A stretch of 64,000 nt of DNA from an uncultured Chloroflexota bacterium (GCA_947085195.1 CAMTVM010000061.1:10969-74968), one strand, 5' to 3'. Numbered from the stretch's first letter, positions 31,269 to 41,477 are shown. The notes: generated by a model not told the origin, from the letters alone. Program-made: numbers and translations.

Positions 31269-32791
31269 GGCATCCCGTAGATCTCGCGGGCCGCCAGCGC
31301 TGCCAGCTCGAGCGGGCTGAACGGCAGCCCGGCGAACAGTCCAGCCCCGACGAGCAGACCGGCCGTCACCAGTGCCGGGCCGAGCAGCCAGCGACTCGTC
31401 TCCAGTCCACGGCGCCCGGCGCCGTCCGCGACACCCGGGCGGGCCTCGTGGGTCACGTCCGGGCCCCGATACGGGCGCAGCCAGGCGGCGGCCACGATCG
31501 GCAGGAAGTAGGCCGCGTTCAACAGACTGCTGGTGGCCACGACGAGAATCACCCAGGGCTGCCCGGCCTCGAGTCCGCCCAAGCCCAGGTACCACTTGCT
31601 GATGAACCCGGCCATCGGCGGCACCCCGATCATCCCGAACGAGGCGAACGTGAAGGCCAGCATCGTCAGGGGCATCCGGCGCCCCATCCCATCCATGGCG
31701 CGCACGCTGTGGATGCCGAGCTCCTCGGCGAGGTTGCCGGCGCAGAAGAACAGGGTGATCTTCATCAGCCCCTGGTGCATGAGATGGGCCAGCGCAGCGG
31801 TGGTCGCCGTCGGGCCCACCAGCGCCGTGGCGAGCGTGATATACGCGATCTGGCTGACAGTCGAGTACGCCAGCCGGCGCTTGAGATCGTCCTGGGCCAG
31901 GGCCCGGACCGAGCCGTACACGATGGTGATGCCGGCCACGACAGCCAGCGGCATCAGCACCCCGAGCACCGCGGCAAGCTCCACCCCGTACAGGTCGTGG
32001 ACAACCCGGATGATGCCGAACGCACCAGCCTTGACGACCGCGACCGCATGCAGCAGGGCGCTCACGGGAGCCGGCGCTACCATCGCCACCGGGAGCCACC
32101 CGTGCAGCGGCACGAGCGCCGCCTTGACCCCCAGCCCGGCCATGAGCAGACCGAAGATGATGGTGAGTTGCACCGGATGGGCCGCGGCGACCGCGTCGAG
32201 TGCACCACCCGCTGCGAACTCGACCGGACCTGCGACCTGCTGCAGCCAGACGACGCCGAGCAGGAGCACGACGCCACCCCCCAGTGTGTACGCCAGGTAG
32301 GTTCTGCCCGCGGCGATGGCCGCCTTCGTCTGGCGATGGACCACCAGCGGATAGGTCGTGATGGTCAGCAGCTCGTAGAAGACGAAGAAGGTGAGCATGT
32401 TGCCGGCCAGCGCGATGCCCATCGTGGCCGTCACGCACAGGCTGAAGAACCCGAAGAAGCGACTCCGGTTGGGCGAGTCAGCGAGGTACCCGATGGCGTA
32501 GATCGTCGTGAGCAGCCAGAGCACGGCCGACAGGGCGAGGAAGAGCAGGGCGATCGTGTCGACGCGCAGCACGAGCTCGAGACCCGGCAGGAAGGCGAAC
32601 CTGGTCTCGAACTCGAAGCCTTCGACCGCCCCCCACACCGCGACGCCGACGAGGACGACCTTGGCCGCGGCGCCGGCCAGGTTCAGGACGGTGCGCGCTG
32701 TGTGCCGCTCCTCGGCCAGCGCGAAGATGAACACGCCCGTGACGAGCGAGGTGAGGAGGATGAACACCGGGAGCAGTGCCTGCCAGTCCAC
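31265..32791 (-). CDS. mrpD: Mrp antiporter subunit D-like (NuoM/N family)
   Basis: 508 aa. FFVFYELLTITTYPLV and GVKAALVPLHGWLPVAMVAPAPVSALLHA. Confidence 0.9.
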   Translation of the reverse strand: MDWQALLPVFILLTSLVTGVFIFALAEERHTARTVLNLAGAAAKVVLVGVAVWGAVEGFEFETRFAFLPGLELVLRVDTIALLFLALSAVLWLLTTIYAIGYLADSPNRSRFFGFFSLCVTATMGIALAGNMLTFFVFYELLTITTYPLVVHRQTKAAIAAGRTYLAYTLGGGVVLLLGVVWLQQVAGPVEFAAGGALDAVAAAHPVQLTIIFGLLMAGLGVKAALVPLHGWLPVAMVAPAPVSALLHAVAVVKAGAFGIIRVVHDLYGVELAAVLGVLMPLAVVAGITIVYGSVRALAQDDLKRRLAYSTVSQIAYITLATALVGPTATTAALAHLMHQGLMKITLFFCAGNLAEELGIHSVRAMDGMGRRMPLTMLAFTFASFGMIGVPPMAGFISKWYLGLGGLEAGQPWVILVVATSSLLNAAYFLPIVAAAWLRPYRGPDVTHEARPGVADGAGRRGLETSRWLLGPALVTAGLLVGAGLFAGLPFSPLELAALAAREIYGMP

Positions 32792-32794
32792 CGC

Positions 32795-34336
32795 TCAGCC
32801 CCCCGGTCCGGCCAGGGGCGGGAACGGTGCGCCGACCCCGAGCAGGTTCAGCGGCAGCGTGGCGCCGAGGCCGAGCGCCAGACCGACCAGCGCCAGGACG
32901 AGCGGCGCCACCTCGAGCACCCGCGGCGTCCGCGCGAAGGCGGCCGGCGGCGGGGCGGCCGGATCGGCACTCCCGAAGGCCACGCTGACCACGCGGAACA
33001 CGTACACGGCGGTCAACAGGCCGCCGCCCAGGATGACGACCGCGTAGAACCACTGGCCGGTGGCGACGGCGGCATCGAGCAGCAGGAACTTGGCCACGAA
33101 GCCGCCCATCGGCGGCAGGCCGATGAGGCTGACGCCGGCTGCACCGAACGCGAGCACGGTCATCGGCAGGCGCGTCGCGAGCCCGCGCAGATCGTCGACA
33201 CGGTCATGCCCCAGGGTGATCGTCACCGTGCCGGCGGCGAGGAACATGGCCGCCTTCGCGAAGGCGTGCGAGAGGACCAGGAAGATGCCTCCGTTCCAGG
33301 CGTCGGCGGCCGCCGGCCAGCCGGCTGCGTTCCCGCCCGTCGTGGCGCCGGCCACTGCAGTCAGGGGCACCAGGAGGCACCAGTAGCCGATCTGGGCGAC
33401 CGTCGAGTGGGCCACCAGCATCTTCAACCGCCGGGCACGGACGGCCTGGAGCGATCCCCAGAGGATCGCCGCCGCCCCGAGGATGCCGAGCACATGCGCC
33501 GCCTCGATGGTCAGCACGGCCGGTGCCACATCGAACCAGATCCGCAACAGGACGTAGAACGAGCCCGCGACGACCAGCGCTGACAGCGCCGCGCTGACCG
33601 GCGCGGGTGCGTTGGCATGCGCGCGCGGGAGCCAGAAGTGGACGGGGAACAGCGCCGTCTTGAGGATCAGGCCGGCGGTCATCAGCGCAACCGCGACGAG
33701 GACGCTCGGTGTCCCGGTCGTCGTCTCGCCGAGCGCCACGATCCCGAGGCTGTCGAACTCGGCGTAGAGCAGCGCGACGCCGAGGAGATAGGCGATCGAC
33801 CCGAGGTATGCGGCGAGCAGGTAGCGCATCCCCGCGGCGAGTGCGTCCGTGCCGCCACCCAACACGATGAGCGCGATCCCGGACAGGGTCACGAGCTCGA
33901 GCGTGACGTAGATGTTGAAGATGTCGGCCGACACGAACATGGCGTTCAGGGCCCCCCACAGGAAGAGCCACAGCGGCCAGAACGCCTCGCGCTCGCTCCA
34001 GGCCGACGGGCCGACGGCGGCGTCAGGCCCGACCCCCGGCCGGAAATACGTGCGCGCATAGAAGCCGACGATCGAGGCGACGGCCGCGGTCATGAGCACC
34101 ATCAACGCGCTCAGTCCATCGGCTCGCAGCTCGATGCCCAGCGGCGCCTCCCAGCCGCCGATCGCGTGGGTCTGCGGGCCTGCCTCGGTCACCTGCAACG
34201 CCAACGCCATGGCCGCCCCGAACGTCGCCAGTGTGGCGATCGCGGCCACGGGCGTGAGCGCACGACCGCGCAGGAGGAGCGCCGCGACGGCGCCGGTCAG
34301 CGGCACCATCACGACGAGGAGCAGCGGCTCGATCAT
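32795..34336 (-). CDS. mrpD: Mrp antiporter subunit D-like (NuoM/N family)
   Basis: 513 aa from MIEPLLLVV. LKTALFPVHFWLPRAHANAPAPVSAALSA. Confidence 0.9.
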   Translation of the reverse strand: MIEPLLLVVMVPLTGAVAALLLRGRALTPVAAIATLATFGAAMALALQVTEAGPQTHAIGGWEAPLGIELRADGLSALMVLMTAAVASIVGFYARTYFRPGVGPDAAVGPSAWSEREAFWPLWLFLWGALNAMFVSADIFNIYVTLELVTLSGIALIVLGGGTDALAAGMRYLLAAYLGSIAYLLGVALLYAEFDSLGIVALGETTTGTPSVLVAVALMTAGLILKTALFPVHFWLPRAHANAPAPVSAALSALVVAGSFYVLLRIWFDVAPAVLTIEAAHVLGILGAAAILWGSLQAVRARRLKMLVAHSTVAQIGYWCLLVPLTAVAGATTGGNAAGWPAAADAWNGGIFLVLSHAFAKAAMFLAAGTVTITLGHDRVDDLRGLATRLPMTVLAFGAAGVSLIGLPPMGGFVAKFLLLDAAVATGQWFYAVVILGGGLLTAVYVFRVVSVAFGSADPAAPPPAAFARTPRVLEVAPLVLALVGLALGLGATLPLNLLGVGAPFPPLAGPGG

Positions 34337-34644
34337 GCGTCGTCGTCCACGTCCGGCAGGTGATCGCGCCCGGTCGCCGCGTACAGCCGCCGGGCGACGG
34401 CGAGGGCCAGGGCCGTGCTGCTGACCGCCACCACGATGCCGGTCAGGACCATCGCGTGGGGCACCGGATCGGGCGCCGGATCCGCGTTGCGTCGGGCGAT
34501 CGCGACGAGCAGCAGGAACACGCTGCTGCCCATGAGGTTCAGCGCCATGACCTTGCGCAGCAGGTGTGGCTGGACGAGCAGGCCGCGCAGACCGACGGTG
34601 AAGATCGCGACGGCGATCACGGCATAGATGAGGAACGGTGTCAT
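34333..34644 (-). CDS. mrpC: Mrp antiporter subunit C (NuoK-like)
   Basis: 103 aa. GLRGLLVQPHLLRKVMALNLMGSSVFLLLVA. Confidence 0.9.
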   Translation of the reverse strand: MTPFLIYAVIAVAIFTVGLRGLLVQPHLLRKVMALNLMGSSVFLLLVAIARRNADPAPDPVPHAMVLTGIVVAVSSTALALAVARRLYAATGRDHLPDVDDDA

Positions 34645-35321
34645 CAGTCGTCGTCACGCGGATGGGCGGCCGCGAAGAGGCCCGCCAGTCCGACGGCCAC
34701 GGCGACGGTCACGGCAAGTTCGATGACCACGATCAGCTCGCCGGCGATCGCGGGCGGGTAGTCGAGCAACCGGCGGCCGCCGATGAGCAGGAACCAGGCG
34801 ACCGCCTGGAACGTGATGAAACCGGACGCCAGGAGGGCCGGAAACGCTCGCGGGCCGAGCGCCGTGATGCTCCGGCGACCCGCGAGCAGGGCGAGAATCG
34901 CCGCGGCGGCGATCACCGCGCCGGCCTGGAATGCCCCACCTGGCGCATGCGTGCCCAGCCACAGCAGGTAGCCGCCGGTCAGGACCATGATCGGGACGAC
35001 GACCCGGGTCATCACCGCGAGAACGGGGCCGGGCACCGCGATGGGGACGATGTCACGCAGATCGACCGTGCGCCGAATCGCCAGTGACCCGAGCGCCGCC
35101 AGCAGCAGGACGCCGATCTCGAGGAAGGTGTCGTAGGCGCGGAAGTCGAGGAGCACGGCGGTCACGGCATGGGTGACCCCGGCGCGCGTCAGCTCATCGT
35201 CGACCAGTCGGGTCAGGCCGGCGGCATCGCGCGGCAACTGGAGCACCGCGGCAATGAGCACGACCCCGAGAGCGCCTGACAGGAAGGTGGCCGCGGCTCG
35301 AATCTGCACAGATGCATGCAT
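34644..35321 (-). CDS. mrpB: Mrp antiporter subunit B
   Basis: 225 aa from MHASVQ. HAVTAVLLDFRAYDTFLEIGVLL and THAPGGAFQAG are MnhB signatures. Confidence 0.85.
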   Translation of the reverse strand: MHASVQIRAAATFLSGALGVVLIAAVLQLPRDAAGLTRLVDDELTRAGVTHAVTAVLLDFRAYDTFLEIGVLLLAALGSLAIRRTVDLRDIVPIAVPGPVLAVMTRVVVPIMVLTGGYLLWLGTHAPGGAFQAGAVIAAAAILALLAGRRSITALGPRAFPALLASGFITFQAVAWFLLIGGRRLLDYPPAIAGELIVVIELAVTVAVAVGLAGLFAAAHPRDDD

Positions 35322-35599
35322 CAGCGCCCGTCCCCCAGCCGGTCCGTATCGTGCCGGCGTCGCCTCTCCAGGTGACCGACCGCGTCGAGCAGCAGTGCGC
35401 CGGTCACGCCGGCCCCGATCGCCGCCTCCGCCAGGGCGATATCGGGTGCCGCGAGCCGGGCAAAGGCCAGCGCCATCAGCAACCCGAAGACGATGAACAG
35501 GACGACTGCGCCGAACAGCTCCGGCACGGCCAGGACGCGCCACGACACCCAGAACAGGGCGAGCGCGAGGACGAGGTCCAGCAGCAGGTCAGGCTCCAT
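35321..35599 (-). CDS. Small MrpB-N-terminal/MbhD-like (DUF4040-type) membrane subunit
   Basis: 92 aa from MEPDLLLDLV, three predicted TM helices, sitting between mrpG and mrpB. The family assignment is from memory. Confidence 0.65.
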   Translation of the reverse strand: MEPDLLLDLVLALALFWVSWRVLAVPELFGAVVLFIVFGLLMALAFARLAAPDIALAEAAIGAGVTGALLLDAVGHLERRRRHDTDRLGDGR

Positions 35600-35933
35600 G
35601 CTCACCCTCCCCGGTGCCGCCGGCCACGGTCTCGAGCGCGCCTTCTGCACTGACTGCCTGCTCGGCCCTGCCGCCGATGAGAAACGCGGCGGTAGCGCTG
35701 GCCACGAGAGCGAGGATCCAGATGAGGACCAGCTTGGCAACGGCCAGGGGCGAGTCAGCCTGGAGGGCGAGCCCGAACACGATCAGCCCGAGCCCCAGGT
35801 TGTCCGCCTTGGTCAGGGCGTGCAGGCGCGAGGGCGCATCCGGGAAGCGGAGCAGGCCGACGGTGCCGGCGAAGAAGAAGAACCCGCCGAGCAGGACAAG
35901 GATCCCGGTGAGTGCCGCAGCCGGCCCGATCAT
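35589..35933 (-). CDS. mrpG: Mrp antiporter subunit G
   Basis: 114 aa. GTVGLLRFPDAPSRLHALTKADNLGLGLI. Confidence 0.85.
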   Translation of the reverse strand: MIGPAAALTGILVLLGGFFFFAGTVGLLRFPDAPSRLHALTKADNLGLGLIVFGLALQADSPLAVAKLVLIWILALVASATAAFLIGGRAEQAVSAEGALETVAGGTGEGEHGA

Positions 35934-36334
35934 CGACGCGGGCTCGCCGCCAGGCGCCCCACCCCCAGCCGGACGAAGATGACGGCGTTGACCACGGCCA
36001 GGGCGGCGAACACGAGCGCGACGTCCCGCAGGGCTGCGTCGCCAGCCTCGGCGAGCAGGAGCAGGATCGCCACACCGGTCGTGCCGAACAGCTGCGCGGC
36101 GAGCATCCGGTCACTGGGCGTCGGGCCCCGCAGGATGCGGAAGAGCCCGCCCACCAGGTTGAGGCCGAGGAAGAGCGCGAAGACGAGGTAGAACTGCTCC
36201 AGATCCCGTCTCCCCTGATACAGATCCCCTGGGAGTGTGGGTCGTTGCCGGAGATCGGTCGCCCAGGGGATGCGCGTTCCGGATCGCCCGCCGCGGTGAG
36301 GACGGCTACGACCAACCAGCGTTGGTGCTGGCAC
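35930..36334 (-). CDS. mrpF: Mrp antiporter subunit F (start uncertain)
   Basis: The conserved core LEQFYLVFALFLGLNLVGGLFRILRGPTPSDRMLAAQLFGTTG begins near 36202. The only canonical in-frame start is the GTG at 36334, which adds a 44-aa Arg-rich extension. Confidence 0.7.
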   Translation of the reverse strand: MPAPTLVGRSRPHRGGRSGTRIPWATDLRQRPTLPGDLYQGRRDLEQFYLVFALFLGLNLVGGLFRILRGPTPSDRMLAAQLFGTTGVAILLLLAEAGDAALRDVALVFAALAVVNAVIFVRLGVGRLAASPRR

Positions 36335-36582
36335 CCTGACGCTCGCGCCTCAGTTCAACACCGCCGCAAGGGTAACGCACGCCAGCACCAGCAGGCCCCG
36401 GTCAGGAGGGCGATGCGTGTCATGGAGTGCGAACCCGGCTCGATCGAGGCTCGACTCGCGCGGTCGGCTGGCGACTCCGGGCCTCCGGTATCATCGTCAG
36501 CATCGAGATTGATCCCCTTAGCGCCGGGCACCCACGAGGTGACCGCCAGAGGGTGGGCGCAAGGTACGAGGAGGATCGTGCT

Positions 36583-37491
36583 GTGAACGAACAGGTAGAC
36601 AGCGCACCGAGGGTCCTGCTCGCCACGGACGGATCGATCGCGGCCCGCGTGGCGGAGTCGTGGGTCACCAGGTCAGGCTGGACAGCGCGTCCCGAGGTCG
36701 AGGTGCTGTGCGTGGCCGGTCCGACCGTCTCCAGCCCGGCGTGGGCGCTGCCTCCGGTCAACGGGGTGGCCCGGGAGGCGCTGGCGGTGCTGACCCGCAG
36801 AGAGGAGGGTGCTGCCCGGCGAATCGCGGAGGAGGTCGTGGGGCGGCTCCAGGAGGCAGGGATATCGGCGACCGGGTCGGTGCGCTCAGGAGAGCCTGCG
36901 GTGCGGTTGCTCGAGCGAGCCGACGAGTGGCGCCCGTCCGTGATCGCGATGGGCTGTCGCGGTCGGTCGGATCTCGAGGCGATGCTCCTTGGGTCCGTGA
37001 CACAGCAGATCATCGAGCACTCCGCCTCGCCCGTGCTGATCGCACGTTCCACCGGGATGCCTCCGGGCAGGCTCCCGCAACGCCTCCTCGTCGTCGTCGA
37101 ATCAGGCCCCACGGCGCGAGCGGTCGTCGGCTGGCTATCCGCCCACGGCTGGTTGCGCGAAACACGGGTCACGCTGCTCGGCCTCCTCGGGATCACGCCA
37201 GGGCTCACGGCCCACGAGGAGCCGCCCGCCGAAGAGCTGACGTCCGAGATCCGCAGGTACGCTCGGGACACCCTCGGAGAGCTGGTCGACCAGATCAGGC
37301 GGGAGGCGGCCGACGTCTCGCTCGAGCTGCGGTTCGGGAACCCTCTCCAGGTGTCGCTCGAGCTGGCCGACGAATTGGGGGTCGACCTCGTCGCCGTCTC
37401 GCGTCCGGCCAGCCGGCCCGGCCAGTATCCGTTCGCCAAGAAGGTGACGCGATACGCGTCGCGTTCGGTGCTGCTCGTTCCGGTGATATGA
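36583..37491 (+). CDS. Tandem universal stress protein (two UspA domains)
   Basis: GTG at 36583, 7 nt after GAGGAGGA. RVLLATDGS...IAMGCRGRSDLEAMLLGSVTQQIIEHSASPVLIAR, then a second domain ending SRSVLLVPV. Confidence 0.85.
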   Translation: MNEQVDSAPRVLLATDGSIAARVAESWVTRSGWTARPEVEVLCVAGPTVSSPAWALPPVNGVAREALAVLTRREEGAARRIAEEVVGRLQEAGISATGSVRSGEPAVRLLERADEWRPSVIAMGCRGRSDLEAMLLGSVTQQIIEHSASPVLIARSTGMPPGRLPQRLLVVVESGPTARAVVGWLSAHGWLRETRVTLLGLLGITPGLTAHEEPPAEELTSEIRRYARDTLGELVDQIRREAADVSLELRFGNPLQVSLELADELGVDLVAVSRPASRPGQYPFAKKVTRYASRSVLLVPVI

Positions 37492-37552
37492 GCAGCCTGG
37501 GCAAGTTCCGGGCATCTTGTCCTGGCCGGCGACGCCGGCTGCAGGAGGCCCG

Positions 37553-39628
37553 ATGAGCATCGACGTTATCGCGCTCGCGCCGCTCGCCGGCCTGATCGCC
37601 CTTGTCGGAGCAGCGGCCGCCGGTCGGGCCGTCCTCCGCGAGCATGACGGCGAGGAGCGCGTCCGGGACATCGGGCTGCTCATCCGTCACGGAGCCGAGG
37701 CCTTCCTGCGGCGCGAGTACCGGGTCCTCGCCTGGTTCGTCGCCGCGGTGGCCGTCGTCCTCGCTGCGGTCATCGACTACAACGTGCTCGGCAACCCGGC
37801 CATCGCCGAAATCCGGGACCGACAGCCGGACGTTCTTGGCGCGGGACCGTGGACGGCCCTCGCGTACGTGCTGGGCGCGGCCGGCTCCGGCGCGGCCGGT
37901 GCCATCGGCATGGGGATCGCCGTGCGCGGCAGCACGCGGACGACCCACGCCGCGACCTCCGGATTGGGCCAGGCGCTGCGCGTCGCCTTCCGCACGGGTG
38001 CCGTGATGGGCCTGACCGTGGCTGGCGTGGGCCTCCTCGGCCTCGCACTCGTGTGGCTCGTGTTTCGCGATCCCACGATCGCGGCAGGGTTCGGGTTCGG
38101 TGCCTCGTCGGTCGCCCTGTTCGCCCGCGTGGGGGGCGGCATCTTCACGAAGGCGGCCGATGTCGCCGCCGACATGGTCGGCAAGGTCGAAGCGAGCATC
38201 CCAGAGGACGATCCGCGCAACCCGGCGACGATCGCCGACAACGTCGGGGACATCGTGGGTGACGTCGCCGGCATGGGAGCGGACCTCTTCGAGTCGTATG
38301 TCGGGGCGATGATCGCCGCCCTCACGCTGGCCGCGCTCGGGGGTGCCGTCCTCGGGACCCCGGGCCTCGGGTCGGACACCCTGCTCATCGCTCTGCCCTT
38401 CGTCGTCGCGGGCTGCGGCATTCTCGGGTCCCTGGTGGGCATCGTGCTCGTCCGCATCGGACCACAGGCTTCGATGTCCCGGTTGCTGTGGGCCGTCCGT
38501 TTCGGGATCTACGCGTCGGCCGTGGTCATGCTTGCCGCTTCAGCGGTGGCGATCGGCCTGCTCGGTCTGCCCGGAGAGCTGTTCTGGGTCCTGGTCGTCG
38601 GTGCCATCGTCGGACAGGTCATCGCCACCTCCGCGGAGTTCTTCACCTCGTACGCGTACCGGCCGACGAAGTGGATTGCCGCCCAGGCACGGACCGGGAG
38701 CGCATCGGTCGTCATCGCCGGCGTCGCGGTCGGCTTGCTCAGCACGGTCGGCCCCGCCGTTGCCGTGGTCGCCGGGATCTTCGTCGCGAACGAGCTTGCC
38801 GGCCTGTACGGGATCGCCCTCGCCGCCGTGGGGATGCTGGCCACCGTCGGCATCACGCTTGCCACGGACGCCTTCGGTCCGGTCGCCGACAACGCGGGCG
38901 GGCTCGCCGAGCAGGCCGGCCTGGCACCGGAGGTACGCCAGCGCACAGACACCCTGGACGCGCTCGGAAACACCACCGCCGCGACCGGCAAGGGGTTCGC
39001 GATCGGGTCGGCGGTCCTGACCGCCCTTGCGCTCATGGTCGTGTACGTCGAAGTTGCGGGCGTCGAGAACCTTCAACTCACCGAACCCCGAGTCCTTGGA
39101 GGCCTGATCCTGGGCGCGATGCTCCCGTTCCTGTTCGCTGCGCTCGCCATGGAGGCGGTGGGCAGGACGGCAGGCCTGATGATCGAGGAGGTGCGTCGCC
39201 AGTTCCGGGAGATCCCCGGCCTCCGCGAGGGACGGCCCGGCGTCATGCCCGACGCAGCGCGCGCCGTCGACATCTCCACGCGGGGGGCGCTGCGATCGAT
39301 GGTCGCGCCAGGCATGATCGCCGTGCTCGCACCGGTCGGCGTCGGCGCCACCCTCGGGGCCGGGGCCCTCGGCGGTCTCCTCGTCGGCTCGATCGCCAGC
39401 GGGTTTGTGCTCGCCACGTTCATGGCGAACGCAGGTGGAGCGTGGGACAACGCCAAGAAGTACATCGAGCTCGGGCACTTCGGCGGGCCGGGTTCCGCGG
39501 AGCATGCGGCGGCGATCGTCGGGGACGTTGTTGGGGATCCCTTCAAGGACACCGCCGGTCCGTCGATCAACATCCTGCTCAAGGTGATGGCGATCGTGGC
39601 GGTCGTGTTCGGTCCTTTGTTTGCCTGA
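37553..39628 (+). CDS. hppA: Membrane-integral H+/Na+-translocating pyrophosphatase
   Basis: GGIFTKAADVAADMVGKVE, DNVGDIVGDVAGMGADLFES and GGAWDNAKKYIE. Start chosen at the ATG after a GGAGG. Confidence 0.95.
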   Translation: MSIDVIALAPLAGLIALVGAAAAGRAVLREHDGEERVRDIGLLIRHGAEAFLRREYRVLAWFVAAVAVVLAAVIDYNVLGNPAIAEIRDRQPDVLGAGPWTALAYVLGAAGSGAAGAIGMGIAVRGSTRTTHAATSGLGQALRVAFRTGAVMGLTVAGVGLLGLALVWLVFRDPTIAAGFGFGASSVALFARVGGGIFTKAADVAADMVGKVEASIPEDDPRNPATIADNVGDIVGDVAGMGADLFESYVGAMIAALTLAALGGAVLGTPGLGSDTLLIALPFVVAGCGILGSLVGIVLVRIGPQASMSRLLWAVRFGIYASAVVMLAASAVAIGLLGLPGELFWVLVVGAIVGQVIATSAEFFTSYAYRPTKWIAAQARTGSASVVIAGVAVGLLSTVGPAVAVVAGIFVANELAGLYGIALAAVGMLATVGITLATDAFGPVADNAGGLAEQAGLAPEVRQRTDTLDALGNTTAATGKGFAIGSAVLTALALMVVYVEVAGVENLQLTEPRVLGGLILGAMLPFLFAALAMEAVGRTAGLMIEEVRRQFREIPGLREGRPGVMPDAARAVDISTRGALRSMVAPGMIAVLAPVGVGATLGAGALGGLLVGSIASGFVLATFMANAGGAWDNAKKYIELGHFGGPGSAEHAAAIVGDVVGDPFKDTAGPSINILLKVMAIVAVVFGPLFA

Positions 39629-39926
39629 CCGCGACCGGGCTCGCACCGGCCCGGCCGGATCCGCGTCGTCCCAGATCGCGATGAACCGGAGGGTCTGGGA
39701 CAAGGTCCGCTGACACCGGCCGCGTGCCGGGCGCGGCCACGCCCCTTCTCCGGAACCCGGTGTAGGCTGGTCCGACCGAACCATCGGTGCGCCCCGATCC
39801 GGGACCCGAGCGTTGCACCTGGGTCGCGCGGCCCCGGCTGACTCCCCGCCGCGACGCCGACATCGGGTGTGATCCCTCCAGGGTGGCCATCCGAACCGTT
39901 CCTGACGCGCCCGGGAGGAGCCGCTC

Positions 39927-40268
39927 ATGGTCTACGTCGACCGAACCCTCAACTGCGTCGACTGTGGCGTGGAGTTCGTCCACTCCGCGGCCGACCAGGA
40001 GTACTACGCCGCCAAGGCATTCACCTCAGACCCCAAGCGCTGCCCCTCGTGCCGCGCGTACCGGAGGACCGCACGGGACGGCTCGGACACCGACAGCCGC
40101 GTCGCGGGTGGCCCGCGCGGCTACGAGCGGACCGAGGACCGGGGCCCGCGCGAGTACTTCGTGGCGCTCTGCACATCGTGCGGGAACCAAGCCCAGGTGC
40201 CGTTCAAGCCGCGCATGGACAAGCCGGTCTACTGCTCGGACTGCTTCCGGACGGTCAAGCCGGACTGA
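39927..40268 (+). CDS. Double zinc-ribbon protein (N-terminal CxxC...CxxC, C-terminal CxxC-x17-CxxC)
   Basis: 113 aa. CVDCGVEF...CPSCR and CTSCGNQAQVPFKPRMDKPVYCSDCF. I counted exactly 17 residues between the two CxxC pairs of the second ribbon. Confidence 0.8.
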   Translation: MVYVDRTLNCVDCGVEFVHSAADQEYYAAKAFTSDPKRCPSCRAYRRTARDGSDTDSRVAGGPRGYERTEDRGPREYFVALCTSCGNQAQVPFKPRMDKPVYCSDCFRTVKPD

Positions 40269-40308
40269 TCGGCGAGGCTGGCGGCGCGACGACGATCCCG
40301 CGCGCCGT

Positions 40309-40356
40309 CCATCGTCTACGCTTCGCCATCGTCTACGCTTCGCCATCGTCTACGCC
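40309..40356. repeat. 17-bp tandem repeat ccatcgtctacgcttcg x2.8
   Basis: Read directly, 40 nt downstream of the zinc-ribbon gene stop. Confidence 0.8.
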
Positions 40357-40571
40357 CCGGGGGAGTGCAATCCGGCGATTCCCGAGCCGCGAGCGCCGGA
40401 ACGCGCTCGCCCACCACCCCGGTGCGTATCCGGAGGTGATCCGCCGTCCCTTCCCGGATGGCACCACCTGGAGGCGTATCTGGGGCCGGTCGGAGCGACG
40501 GCGGCGCTGGCACCGTTGGCGACGCCGCTCGCGACGCCGTTCGCGCCGTTGGCGCCGCCGTTCGTGTCGAA

Positions 40572-41294
40572 TCAGAGACGGAACGCGTCGCCCTTGCGGA
40601 AGCGCTCGCGGTGGCGTCCGCGCCAGACCGTCACGCGGCCACGGCCGTGCACCTGCCACGTCCCGTCACGCCCGATGGCCGCGGTGTCCTCGTCGATCCC
40701 CATCACCACCGACCCTCGCGGCGCCTGGAGCGCCACGGCCGCTGTGAACGGCTCCGGCCACGCGTCGTAGTGGGGCAGCACGGCGACGCCGTTCACCAGA
40801 GACAGCCCCTCTCTCCATCGGACCGGGAACGGGAGCGGCAGGCGCAGCTTGGGCACGAACCTGAAGTCCATCGTCAGCCCGACCATCGCCATCGCCCCCG
40901 CGGAGCACCCGGCGATGATCGCGCCGCGCGCGTTGGCCGTGACCAGCGCCGCGCCAAGGGGCGACCCACGAAGCACGCTCATGAGGTGGCGCGGGTGCCC
41001 GCCCGAGAGGTAGACAAGGTCCGCCTCGCCCACCGCCTGGAGTGCCGCGGCATCATGGCCCCCGGCGACGTCCCGGACCAGGACGGGCTCGACCTCCGCG
41101 CCCAGGGCCGCGAAGTGCTCGGTCCCCATCTCGGCCCAGATCCGGAAGGTGGCCTCGCCGTCGGGCGCGGAGGCCGTGGGCAGGATGGCGACCCGCGGCC
41201 GCGGCCGTCCCGTCGACTGGAGCAGGCCGCGGTCGAACTCAGTCATGGGGGCAAGGAACTCACCGGCGCCGACGAGCGCCACGGGTCCGCGCAT
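40572..41294 (-). CDS. Peptidase S51 / cyanophycinase-like (class I glutamine-amidotransferase-like fold) protein
   Basis: The last 240 aa of ORF 40572..42785, from MRGPVALVGAGEF. LVYLSGGHPRHL and AIIAGCSAGAMAM (Ser nucleophile context). Confidence 0.75.
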   Translation of the reverse strand: MRGPVALVGAGEFLAPMTEFDRGLLQSTGRPRPRVAILPTASAPDGEATFRIWAEMGTEHFAALGAEVEPVLVRDVAGGHDAAALQAVGEADLVYLSGGHPRHLMSVLRGSPLGAALVTANARGAIIAGCSAGAMAMVGLTMDFRFVPKLRLPLPFPVRWREGLSLVNGVAVLPHYDAWPEPFTAAVALQAPRGSVVMGIDEDTAAIGRDGTWQVHGRGRVTVWRGRHRERFRKGDAFRL

Positions 41295-41477
41295 CGACCG
41301 CAGTCTAGTGCAGGCACCCGATCCGGGGCGCCGTCCTGAGCGCCGTCGAGACGGCGGCCGAGCGAGGTCCGGCGTCCCATGCGCCCGAAGGGCCGGGAGA
41401 CGGGGCCGGCCGGGCTCCCGACCCGAACCGCGAAACGGCACTCCCCACCCACCCCGCGCGGTGGCAGACTGCGCGCC

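Noticed and set aside
36354-36434. Possible degenerate member of the palindromic repeat family in the mrp/usp divergent spacer (gttcaacacc ... ggagtgcgaac)
   Set aside because: Only half-site resemblance, with the wrong spacing (~70 nt between halves) and no second end. It is too weak to call.
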